This document shows, in pieces, positions 17,589-25,756 of a DNA stretch of 40,069 bases. The position numbers were made by a program, and so were the translations under genes. The stretch's first letter is position 1. Every line of letters begins with the position of its first letter. The notes beneath the pieces were generated by a model. The model searched no databases and was not told where the DNA came from. It was given only the letters and a program-made list of their open reading frames with translations. The stretch lies in assembly GCA_038227875.1 (NCBI GenBank), contig JBBRPR010000072.1, positions 1 through 40,069 of the forward strand. The letters run 5' to 3'. The DNA comes from Planctomycetota bacterium. Its GTDB lineage: Bacteria; Planctomycetota; SZUA-567; H5-PLA8.

Positions 17589-17786
17589 TTACTTGCAGCC
17601 GCACTTTTCTTTGCATTCCTTTTCGGCCTGTTCGCGGGAGTGGCCGTAGCGTTCCTGAACTTTGCCGACGAGGGTGTCGAACTTGCCGTCGATCTGTTCG
17701 ATGTCGTCGTCAGTGAGCTTGCCCCACCAGGTCTTCATGTTGCCTTTGACCTGCGTCCACTTGCCTTTGAGGATGTCTTCGTTCAT
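17589..17786 (-). CDS. CsbD/YjbJ family general stress protein
   Basis: MNEDILKGKWTQVKG..K..WGKLTDDD...IDGK.D.LVGKVQERYG.SREQAEKE; AAAAGGAG RBS. Confidence 0.93.
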   Translation of the reverse strand: MNEDILKGKWTQVKGNMKTWWGKLTDDDIEQIDGKFDTLVGKVQERYGHSREQAEKECKEKCGCK

Positions 17787-17844
17787 GGCGATGCTCCTTT
17801 TAGGTTCGATGTGAATTGAGTGGGCAACAATAGGTACAGACGAA

Positions 17845-17961
17845 TTACGTTTTCATGATCTTGCGGCCGGCAGCGCGCTTCTTGATCAGGCCTTTGCCAC
17901 CGGTTGTTTTGGCGGCTCGCTTTTTTGCAGCGGTCATGCGTCCGCCTCGAGTGCTCTTCAT
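17845..17961 (-). CDS. Small highly basic peptide (38 aa; alternative 30-aa start at 17937)
   Basis: MKSTRGGRMTAAKKRAAKTTGGKGLIKKRAAGRKIMKT; AAGGAG 10 nt upstream of the ATG; fills the gap in a co-oriented cluster. Confidence 0.5.
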   Translation of the reverse strand: MKSTRGGRMTAAKKRAAKTTGGKGLIKKRAAGRKIMKT

Positions 17962-17968
17962 CGTTTGA

Positions 17969-18526
17969 TTACTCCTTTTTTTGGCTGTGAATTTTGAGCT
18001 GCGCTTCGGCCTTGTTCCAGTCCTCGGCGTCATGGCCGTTCTGGCAGCCGTTCTCAACGTAAATGCTGAATGCTTTGCTCGCCACGGCTTCGTGCGTCGG
18101 CGTAACGGTATCGCTGTAGAAGTGGCGGCCTTTGTTGGCATCGTGCGGATTGATCGTGATAATCTCGGTGTCGTTCAATTTCACATCATCGTGATTGCCC
18201 GGAGTGACGCGATACAAGCTCAGTTCGGGCCCGATGGGCGGCGTCGACAATTGGCGCAGTGCCGACGCTTTGAACGATTCAGTGGGAACATGATAAGGTT
18301 TACGGTTGATATAGATTGCCACGCCCTTTTTCTCGGACGAGACATGTTCGTGATGCTGGCCGTGGGTCATTTCGGGCTGGACCTGGTGCGCCCGATGCTG
18401 CTCCTGCCCCAATTGAGACTGGGCATGGTGCTCGTGTTCCTGAGCCTGGCGCACCTGGCTGTGTTCCTGACCGGTCTGCGGTGTGTGCTGCTGATGCGCG
18501 TTGCCGGTCTTCTGGTTTTTGCTCAT
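17969..18526 (-). CDS. Gln/His-rich N-terminus + multi-ubiquitin-like domain + DUF2934-like domain
   Basis: IYINRKPYHV......SALRQL...IGPELSLYRVTPGNHDD..L.D.E.I.I....G.HFYS (Multi_ubiq-like); HEAVASKAFSIYVENG...GHDAEDWNKAEAQL (DUF2934-like); GAGGAA RBS. Confidence 0.75.
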   Translation of the reverse strand: MSKNQKTGNAHQQHTPQTGQEHSQVRQAQEHEHHAQSQLGQEQHRAHQVQPEMTHGQHHEHVSSEKKGVAIYINRKPYHVPTESFKASALRQLSTPPIGPELSLYRVTPGNHDDVKLNDTEIITINPHDANKGRHFYSDTVTPTHEAVASKAFSIYVENGCQNGHDAEDWNKAEAQLKIHSQKKE

Positions 18527-18574
18527 GATTCGTTCCTCGCAAGGATGCCTGTGAGTATCGCGCATCTGTTTACG

Positions 18575-18832
18575 TTACGGCGTGGTGGTCTTGGTCTCTT
18601 TCGTCCGGGTCGTGCCATCCGGGGTGACCTTCGATTCAGTCTTGATCACTTCGCGCGACGGCTCGTCCTTGGATTTGTCGATGATGACGACGGGATTCGC
18701 CGGCTTCTCGACAACAATGGTCGGGTTGGGCGCGTTGGACTTGGTTTTGACTTCCAGCGTGCTGTCGCCGCAGCCGAGAAGGGTGACCAGCAGTGTGGAA
18801 CTCGTCAATAAAAACAACGGAAGCTTAAACAT
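18575..18832 (-). CDS. Small lipoprotein
   Basis: Lipobox LLGC after a hydrophobic stretch; Thr/Lys/Pro-rich mature part; GGAGA RBS. Confidence 0.75.
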   Translation of the reverse strand: MFKLPLFLLTSSTLLVTLLGCGDSTLEVKTKSNAPNPTIVVEKPANPVVIIDKSKDEPSREVIKTESKVTPDGTTRTKETKTTTP

Positions 18833-18878
18833 TTAAAAATCTCCAGGTTGGTCGGCAGCTAAAAGTTGGCGTGAAAGC

Positions 18879-19031
18879 TCAACCGCGGCCGAACAGAAAA
18901 AACAGAACGACGATCAAAAGAAGCGTCGAAATTCCCGACGGACCATAGCCCCAATTCGTGTTGTAGGACCAGACGGGTACCGATCCCAGAAGCATCAGGA
19001 TCAGGATGATGACCAGCACGGTTCTAAGCAT
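18879..19031 (-). CDS. DUF3309 family small membrane protein (50 aa)
   Basis: MLRTVLVIILILMLLGSVPVWSYNTNWGYGPSG..LLLIVVLFFLFGR; AAGGAG RBS. Confidence 0.88.
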   Translation of the reverse strand: MLRTVLVIILILMLLGSVPVWSYNTNWGYGPSGISTLLLIVVLFFLFGRG

Positions 19032-19315
19032 GTTATTCTCCTTTATGTGAATTCCGTGAACCTTCTCGCGTATCAATAAAGCATACGGACGGCCACGTTT
19101 TTGAATCGCGGTGAAATGCTGTTCCGGCGGCTGAGCAGGGCGCAAGCCATTCCCATAACTGCAATCTGGTATGCCGTTAGAGTGGCAGAGCGGAGATCGA
19201 ACGAAGCGCTGCGTTGAAGAATATCAAGCGGTCAATATAGCTTCATATATTCGAAAATCATTCAGCGCATCGATGATATCCGGAAGCGTTGAGTTCGATG
19301 GAAGTGATCCGTTCT

Positions 19316-20143
19316 TCACACCAGCGTCTTGCTCACGCTGTTCCGATACTCCGACGGCGTCGTCCCCGCGACTTTTTTGAACACGCGGCTGAAATGAAAT
19401 TGGCTGGCGTAGCCGACGCGTTCGGCGATTTCCGACTGGCTCAGGCTGGTCGTCAGGAGCAGCTCTTGCGCGCGCTGCATGCGGTGGCGCAGGATGTAAT
19501 CGCGCGGCGGCAGACCGAAGCATTCCTTGAAGACGGCCTGAAAGCGCGACGGCGACAGGTGGACGCGCCGCGCCAGTTCGTCGAGCGACATTTGCGTCTG
19601 CGTATGCGTATGGATGAAATTGAGCGCGGGAAGCAGGCGCTGCGCGGGCAGTGAGGTCAACTCCGGCGCCGGCGCGGCGCTGTCGCCCAGCAGCACCTGC
19701 AGCAGCTGCAGGCTGAGTTCCTGTTTGCGCAGCGCGGACTGAATGGTCGCGGGTTTTTCCATCAGCCGCACGAGCTGCTCGTTGATGTCTCCCACCTGGC
19801 CGCCGCGCGCGCCGGTGATCTGCAGCGGCGGTTTGAGCAGCGCGAAGAGATCGATGCCTCCCAGCACCACGAAGCGGAAGTGGATCCAGCGGCTGACGGA
19901 TTCTTCGGAGACCAGCGTGCAGCGGTGGAGCATTCCCGCGGGCACGCAACTGGCGCGAGCATCGTCGTGTTCGTACGTCGCATCGGACAATTCCAGGCGC
20001 CCGCCCCCATAGGGGTTCTGCGCGAGGACGGCGAAGGGCAGTGTGCGCCAGCCAGTGGTATGCGGTTGCGAGATCGGGGTCACGCCGCCGCCGTGGTATT
20101 CAAAACGGAGCGTCGATTCGATGATTTCGGGAAGCGTGGACAT
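19316..20143 (-). CDS. AraC family transcriptional regulator
   Basis: Cupin-like N-domain; SLDELARRVHLSPSRFQAVFK, YILRHRMQRAQELL, EIAERVGYASQFHFSRVFKKVAGTTPSEYR. Confidence 0.95.
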   Translation of the reverse strand: MSTLPEIIESTLRFEYHGGGVTPISQPHTTGWRTLPFAVLAQNPYGGGRLELSDATYEHDDARASCVPAGMLHRCTLVSEESVSRWIHFRFVVLGGIDLFALLKPPLQITGARGGQVGDINEQLVRLMEKPATIQSALRKQELSLQLLQVLLGDSAAPAPELTSLPAQRLLPALNFIHTHTQTQMSLDELARRVHLSPSRFQAVFKECFGLPPRDYILRHRMQRAQELLLTTSLSQSEIAERVGYASQFHFSRVFKKVAGTTPSEYRNSVSKTLV

Positions 20144-20316
20144 GCCGAACGCGAACCTCCGGGCGCAGGGCGGAGAGGGCGGCTGCGGAACCTGTATTTT
20201 TGCAGGGTATAGATGGGAGGAGCTGAATTACAGCACATTCCAGAATAGCACTGCCACTGAGCCCGCATCAGCGAACTCAATGGCAGCGCGTGTCCATCAG
20301 CCGTCAATAATGGGTC

Positions 20317-20862
20317 TTAGTGGCTGGTGGTGGTCTTGACGTCAGCCTTGGCTTCGCTGGTCGACGAAATGTCCGCCGCGCCAGTGCGGGTCAGGATTTC
20401 CTTCGCGCGCGTGGTCGAGTCGGAATTGTCGGTGTGAACGGAGAGCAGAATGCCACCCTTCTTGATGAAGCCTTCGTAGCGCTTGGCTTCGTATTCGGGG
20501 ATGCCCATTCCGATCAGTCCACCGGCAATACCACCCACGGCGCTGCCGACTCCGGCGCCCGCCAGGGCGGCCATGATCGGACCGGCGGCGATGAACGGAC
20601 CGACGCCCGGGATCGCCAGCGCACCGATGCCGACGATCCAGCCCAGCGCTCCGCCGAGGACCAGGCCCGTGCCCGCGCCCGTCGCGGCGCCTTCGGGAGC
20701 CTTGGTGTTCTTCTCCGCGGCGAATTCCTTCGAGCCGGAGTTGTGCGGCATCAGCACGGAGATATCCGTGTTGGCATAGCCGCCGTCCTTCAGCGCATCG
20801 ACGGCGAATTCGACGTCGGCGCGGGTCTTGTAGATTCCAAACACTGCGGTGTTCTTCGACAT
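20317..20862 (-). CDS. General stress protein with glycine-zipper membrane segment (YflT/DUF3341-like)
   Basis: AVFGIY....E.AVDALK..G....DISVL; APEGAATGAGTG; AIPGVGPFIAAGPI; GMGIPEYEAKRYEG.IKKGGILLSVH; AAGGAG RBS. Confidence 0.85.
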   Translation of the reverse strand: MSKNTAVFGIYKTRADVEFAVDALKDGGYANTDISVLMPHNSGSKEFAAEKNTKAPEGAATGAGTGLVLGGALGWIVGIGALAIPGVGPFIAAGPIMAALAGAGVGSAVGGIAGGLIGMGIPEYEAKRYEGFIKKGGILLSVHTDNSDSTTRAKEILTRTGAADISSTSEAKADVKTTTSH

Positions 20863-20936
20863 GGTCGTACTCTCCTTATGAGGTTTCGAAAATTCCAATG
20901 CGACACACACAACACAATTTGCGGCTTCGATTCAAA

Positions 20937-21326
20937 CTATTCCTTGGGGGCGATTTCCAGCTGGCTCTTCACTTTGTCCGCGCCGGCGACCTGCGCAGCC
21001 TTGTCTTCCACCGACTTCTTTTCTTCGGCGGTGCGCACCGGTCCCTTCAAATTTACGACGCCATCCATGGTGATGATCTTGACGTTGTGCGCGTAGGTGG
21101 AGAGCGTCTTGTCGTCGGTCACGGCCTTGCGGATCTTCTGCGAGATCGCGAGGTCGGCGGCGTTTTCCTTTTGATCCGTGGGGGTGTTCTCTGTCTTGTC
21201 GCGTTCACGGGTATTTCGGCCCGAATTGTCAGCCTTCTCCGGCGCCGGGGGCATTCCGACGTCTTCGGCATACGCTGCGCCGCCGAAGAGCGCTGTGAGG
21301 ACGAGCACGAACAGAATTCGTTGCAT
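20937..21326 (-). CDS. Exported BON domain protein (OsmY-like)
   Basis: Signal peptide; ADNSGRNTRER...TPTDQ; D..ISQKIRKAV..D..LS..AHNVKIIT.DGVV.LKGPV......V...A..VAG..KV.SQL. Confidence 0.92.
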   Translation of the reverse strand: MQRILFVLVLTALFGGAAYAEDVGMPPAPEKADNSGRNTRERDKTENTPTDQKENAADLAISQKIRKAVTDDKTLSTYAHNVKIITMDGVVNLKGPVRTAEEKKSVEDKAAQVAGADKVKSQLEIAPKE

Positions 21327-21552
21327 GGTGCTTTCTCCTGCTATAGCGATGAAATCCATCGCATGGGTTGCCAAAACCTTCACACGAACGCGGAAGGAAT
21401 GGCAACCCCGGGACCAAAGTCGCAAAATTATTTTTACGAGGGAACGGTGGACGGATTACGGCCAATATTGAATGAATATCGTCATCTCACCGTAGTAAAA
21501 TAGATATCAGGAATGCAGCGCGATCGGCGCCCGCGCCGCGTGCATACGGATT

Positions 21553-23784
21553 TTATGCGCGCGCGATCGATACTTCCGCATTGTAATCCGGCACGCCGCC
21601 GAATGGGTCGACGATGCCGTTGGGAATCAGCACGTTTACTTCCGGCCAGTGGCCTTGCAACGTGCCGGGCGTGACGTCAGCCAGGAACGCGCGCCCTTTA
21701 TAAGATCCGGTTGTGCTGGTGAGCACGATCGGTTCGTTGCCGTGCAGGCCAAGCTTCGCGGCGTCGTCGGGCGAGATGAAGATGTGGTCGCGTTCGGCGC
21801 CGGTGAGCGCGTAGTAATCGCTCTGGATCATTGAATTGAATTGCTTGCCGCGGCGCGTGGCGAGGACAAACGAGTTTTCCTTGCGGTTGCGCGTCGCGAC
21901 GCGGGCCGGCGGCGTCACGGGCTGAAAGTGGGCCTTGCCGTCGTCGGTTTTGAATTTCCGGTTGGCGCAGAGATGCGGGCCGCCCCACTGGAACTGATCG
22001 CCCTGCTTGGAGAGCTTGGAAATTCCTGCGTAGCTGGGGACGGCGCGTTCGATATCCGCGCGGATCGCGGCGCCGTTTTCAAAATGGATGCGGTCGTAGT
22101 GCTCCGGCTTCACTGCTTTGGCCAGGTCCAGCAGCATCTCCCATTCGGAACGCGATTCGCCCAGGTCGTGGCCCGGAATGTACGGCGAGTAAATCACGCG
22201 CCGTTCGGTGCTGGTCTCCGTTCCGCCGTCGCGCTGTTCGTAGCGCGTGCGCGTGGGCAGGATGTAGACGGTGTCGGCCGGCTCGACGAGCATCTGGTTG
22301 GTGACGACGATGTCCGAATGGATGCGCAGCGGAATTTTCTTCAGCGCCGCTTCGATGTGATCGGGATCGGGCATCGTCTCAAGAAAATTTCCACCGATGC
22401 AATAAAACGCGTCGATCTCGCCGCGGAAGGCCGATTCCAGCGTGTCGACAGTCGTCAGGCCCACCGTGTCCGGAACGGTGAAGCCCCAGAGCTTCGAAAA
22501 ATGCTCCGCGTCGGGCGTGCTGATCGGCACGCCGCCGGGGAAGACGGTCGAATACGCGCCCATCTCCGCGCCGCCCTGCACGCCGCTGTGGCCACGGATC
22601 GGCATCAGCCCGGTGCCGGGCCGGCCGACGTATTCGCGCAGCAAGCCCAAATTCACCAGCGCGCGGACGGTATCGGCGCCGTGATGATGCTGCGTGATGC
22701 CCATCGACCAGACAAAAATCCCACGCTCGGCGTTGGCCAGTTCCTGCGCGAACGCTTCGACATCCTCGAGCTTTAATCCGCACTGCTGCAGCAGCGTGTC
22801 CATCGGCTGCTGGTCGAGCGTGCGCTTGAACTCCGCGAAGCCGGTCGTTGCGTTCTCGACGAACTCCTGCTTGTGCCAGCCCTTCTCGATCAGCACTTTG
22901 GCAGTGGCGTTGAGGAACGCCATGTCGCCACCGATTTTCACCATGAACAGCCGGTCCGACATCTTTGTGCCGAAGAGCGCCGAATCGAGGTTCGACGGCA
23001 CCCAGTAACGCTCCATGCCCGGCTCGCGGAAGGCGTTGACCAGGACCACCCGCGCGCCCTTCTTGCGGGCTTCGACCAGGTACTTCATCGTCACCGGCTG
23101 ATCGTTGGCGGGATTGGAGCCGAAGAAGACAATCAGATCCGTCTCATAAAAATCGCGGTATGAACAGGTCGTTGCGGCGACGCCGATGGTGGTTTTCAAT
23201 CCACTGGTGCTGGGCGAATGGCAGAGGCGCGCGGAGTTGTCGACGTTGTTGGTGCCGAGGTAGCGCATCACCTTCTGGGCGGTGTAGTAGACTTCGTTCG
23301 TGACGCCGCGGCTGGTGACGAACATGGACGTGCGGTTGGGATCGAATTTTCGCCAGCGCGCGCCGACGTCGGCCCACAGATCCTCCCACGTCACGCGCGA
23401 GAAACCCTTCTCGCCTTTGCGACGGCGCAGGGGATAAGCCAGGCGGCCGAGATCGCGCATTTCCTTCGACGTATTTTTGCGGAACTCCGCCGCGTCCTCG
23501 AGCAGTTCGTGATTGAGCGCCGGCATGGTGTTGAGGCGCAGCAGATTCAAGCGCACCAGGCACAGATGCGTGCCGTCGATCGTCCAGTCGCTCAGCCCGC
23601 TGGTGCCCAGCGCGCAGCCGTCGCACACGCCGCGGTGGAGGACCTTCCACGCGTAGCCGAGATTGTCGCGGTTGCGCCAGATGATCTTGAACATTTCGCG
23701 GAAGTGGCGCGGTTTTTTCTCAGTCAGCCCGAAAGGCACCCAACTGTAGGCGAGATCAAAGAACGAACGGGATTGTCGGGCCAT
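21553..23784 (-). CDS. FdhF/YdeP family molybdopterin oxidoreductase
   Basis: CDGCALG..HLC; TSRGVTNE; NNVDNSARLCHSPS (Mo-ligand Cys); WSMGITQH; PIRGHSGVQG; TRRGKQFNS. Confidence 0.93.
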   Translation of the reverse strand: MARQSRSFFDLAYSWVPFGLTEKKPRHFREMFKIIWRNRDNLGYAWKVLHRGVCDGCALGTSGLSDWTIDGTHLCLVRLNLLRLNTMPALNHELLEDAAEFRKNTSKEMRDLGRLAYPLRRRKGEKGFSRVTWEDLWADVGARWRKFDPNRTSMFVTSRGVTNEVYYTAQKVMRYLGTNNVDNSARLCHSPSTSGLKTTIGVAATTCSYRDFYETDLIVFFGSNPANDQPVTMKYLVEARKKGARVVLVNAFREPGMERYWVPSNLDSALFGTKMSDRLFMVKIGGDMAFLNATAKVLIEKGWHKQEFVENATTGFAEFKRTLDQQPMDTLLQQCGLKLEDVEAFAQELANAERGIFVWSMGITQHHHGADTVRALVNLGLLREYVGRPGTGLMPIRGHSGVQGGAEMGAYSTVFPGGVPISTPDAEHFSKLWGFTVPDTVGLTTVDTLESAFRGEIDAFYCIGGNFLETMPDPDHIEAALKKIPLRIHSDIVVTNQMLVEPADTVYILPTRTRYEQRDGGTETSTERRVIYSPYIPGHDLGESRSEWEMLLDLAKAVKPEHYDRIHFENGAAIRADIERAVPSYAGISKLSKQGDQFQWGGPHLCANRKFKTDDGKAHFQPVTPPARVATRNRKENSFVLATRRGKQFNSMIQSDYYALTGAERDHIFISPDDAAKLGLHGNEPIVLTSTTGSYKGRAFLADVTPGTLQGHWPEVNVLIPNGIVDPFGGVPDYNAEVSIARA

Positions 23785-23882
23785 GACTGTGAATTCTCGT
23801 GGAGGCGCGTTACGATAGTGCGGTCATTACGAAATGAAGTGTAGGGGCATTAAAAAAATGTGTCAAGGCAGCGAGTGACGCG

Positions 23883-24749
23883 ATGACGCCCAAACGCAAC
23901 GCCGTCCAACTCAAGGTGAAGAATGTCGACGCGTCAGGCGCGCGCGACGAACGCGACGTCGTGGCCGTGGAAGAGCCGTTGGAAATCCGCATCGCGTTTG
24001 AATCCCCCGAACTAAATGGGAAATTTGTCACGACCAATCTCGCGGTGACCATGCGCACGCCCGGTCACGACTACGAACTGGCGGCCGGCTTTTTGTTTTC
24101 CGAGGGAATTCTGACCGAGCGCGCGCAGTTGCATGAAATTTCGTACTGCGTCGGCATCGACAAGGCCAACCAGCAATTCAATGTGCTCAGCGTTCGGCTG
24201 CGTCCGGGCGTCGCCTTCGACGCGGCGAAGCTTCAACGCAATTTCTACACGACCTCCAGTTGCGGCGTGTGCGGCAAGTCGTCGATCGAAGCTGTGCGGA
24301 CGCAATGCCAGCGCGCCGCGGCTCCACAGTCCACCGACACGCCGCGAATTTCAAAAGATACATTGCTCGCGCTGCCGCAAACGTTGCGCGCCGCGCAGAG
24401 TCTCTTCGAACAGAGCGGTGGCAACCACGCGGCGGGACTCTTCACGTCCGCCGGCAAACTCATCAGCGTCCGTGAGGATGTGGGTCGCCACAACGCTGTC
24501 GACAAGGTGATCGGCGAACAGTTCCTGGCCGACCGCCTGCCGTTGCGCGAGGCCGTACTGCTGGTGAGCGGACGCGCGAGCTTCGAATTGGTGCAGAAAG
24601 CCGTGATGGCCGGCATTCCCGTCCTGGCCGCCGTCGGCGCGCCGTCCAGTCTGGCCGTGGAACTGGCCGAAGAATCCGGCCTGTCGCTCATCGGCTTCCT
24701 GCGCGGCGAACGTTTCAACATATATAATGGGGCCGCCCGAATCATTTAG
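23883..24749 (+). CDS. fdhD: Formate dehydrogenase accessory sulfurtransferase FdhD
   Basis: VAVEEPLEI, TMRTPG.D.ELAAGFL, SSCGVCGK, REDVGRHNAVDK, SGRASFELVQK, APSSLAVELA. Confidence 0.96.
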   Translation: MTPKRNAVQLKVKNVDASGARDERDVVAVEEPLEIRIAFESPELNGKFVTTNLAVTMRTPGHDYELAAGFLFSEGILTERAQLHEISYCVGIDKANQQFNVLSVRLRPGVAFDAAKLQRNFYTTSSCGVCGKSSIEAVRTQCQRAAAPQSTDTPRISKDTLLALPQTLRAAQSLFEQSGGNHAAGLFTSAGKLISVREDVGRHNAVDKVIGEQFLADRLPLREAVLLVSGRASFELVQKAVMAGIPVLAAVGAPSSLAVELAEESGLSLIGFLRGERFNIYNGAARII

Positions 24750-24815
24750 TCACCCCTGAGCACTTCCTGCCGAGCAGTTCCTACCTACATGGCATCCACC
24801 GCGCGGAACCCAAAT

Positions 24816-24845
24816 AAAAAACCCTGACTCGCGTCAGGGTTTTTA
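24816..24845. terminator. Bidirectional intrinsic terminator
   Basis: AAAAAACCCTGAC-TCGC-GTCAGGGTTTTT between two convergent genes. Confidence 0.85.
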
Positions 24846-24870
24846 TTACGGAAATTATTTCGTACGAACT

Positions 24871-25473
24871 TCAGCTCTTCTTCACGGCGCTGACCTTTTC
24901 CTTTGCGTCGGATTCGTAGGTCTGGAGCTGGCTGGGCTGGAGGATTTCGGCCAGGCGGCGTTCGAATTCGTGCGTCGCATCGTAGCTCTTGAGGGCTTCG
25001 GTGGTGCGGTTGAGCTTGTTATATTCGCTGGAGCAATCGCCATCGCAGGTCGCGTACTTGTGTTCGGCCTTGCGCTGGTTTTTGATCAGCTTATTGAGGT
25101 CGTCGTTGATGTCGTTCTTGGCCTTCTGTACGTTCTTCCACTGGTCTTCGCTGAGTCCCAGCTTGGCGCTGACCGCATCGAACTGGGTCGTGTCGAACGC
25201 CTTGTGCGAGGCATCAAAGGTGACCGGAGCCGAAACAACCGGCGACGTCGTGGTGATGCTCGAAGCGGGAACCTGCGTCACGACCGTCGTCCGGGCCGGT
25301 TCGGTCCGCACCGTGGTAGGACTGGAAACGACCGACGTATCTGTCGTGTGATGCGTGGGCGAATTATCGCTCTCCGCAACCTTCGGCTTGGTCCAGCCGC
25401 CGCCACCGCACGCCGCGAAGGCCTGCGAGGAAAGAGCCACAACAACCAGTGCTACTGCAACAATGCTTTTCAT
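24871..25473 (-). CDS. Exported hypothetical protein (Thr/Ser-rich linker, helical C-domain with CDGDC)
   Basis: GAGGAGA RBS; signal peptide MKSIVAVALVVVALSSQAFA; mature part starts ACGGGGW. Confidence 0.75.
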   Translation of the reverse strand: MKSIVAVALVVVALSSQAFAACGGGGWTKPKVAESDNSPTHHTTDTSVVSSPTTVRTEPARTTVVTQVPASSITTTSPVVSAPVTFDASHKAFDTTQFDAVSAKLGLSEDQWKNVQKAKNDINDDLNKLIKNQRKAEHKYATCDGDCSSEYNKLNRTTEALKSYDATHEFERRLAEILQPSQLQTYESDAKEKVSAVKKS

Positions 25474-25756
25474 CCAAAATCTCCTCAACCCCTGACCCCT
25501 GAAAAAAGTAACAATCCAATTAAATGCACACGAGCAAATAACACGTAGCGGACTCGGCTCGCCTGCAGTACACTTATTCACGTCAATCGAGCTAAAGACG
25601 TTACCACATACTGCCGACAAAACAATCAGCAGGAAAGTTTTTCGTGCAGGTGTTAAAAAAATGATCCAGAGTTTGCAGACTGCACTTGCGCTGCCGGATC
25701 TTTGCGGTATGGTTTTGGGCAATTCATTGAAATTCCATTCTTGGAGGGAAGACCGC

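Noticed and set aside
19160..19176. Sigma54-like site CGGCATACCAGATTGCA upstream of the DUF3309 gene (minus strand)
   Set aside because: GG-to-GC spacing is 11 nt rather than the required 10.
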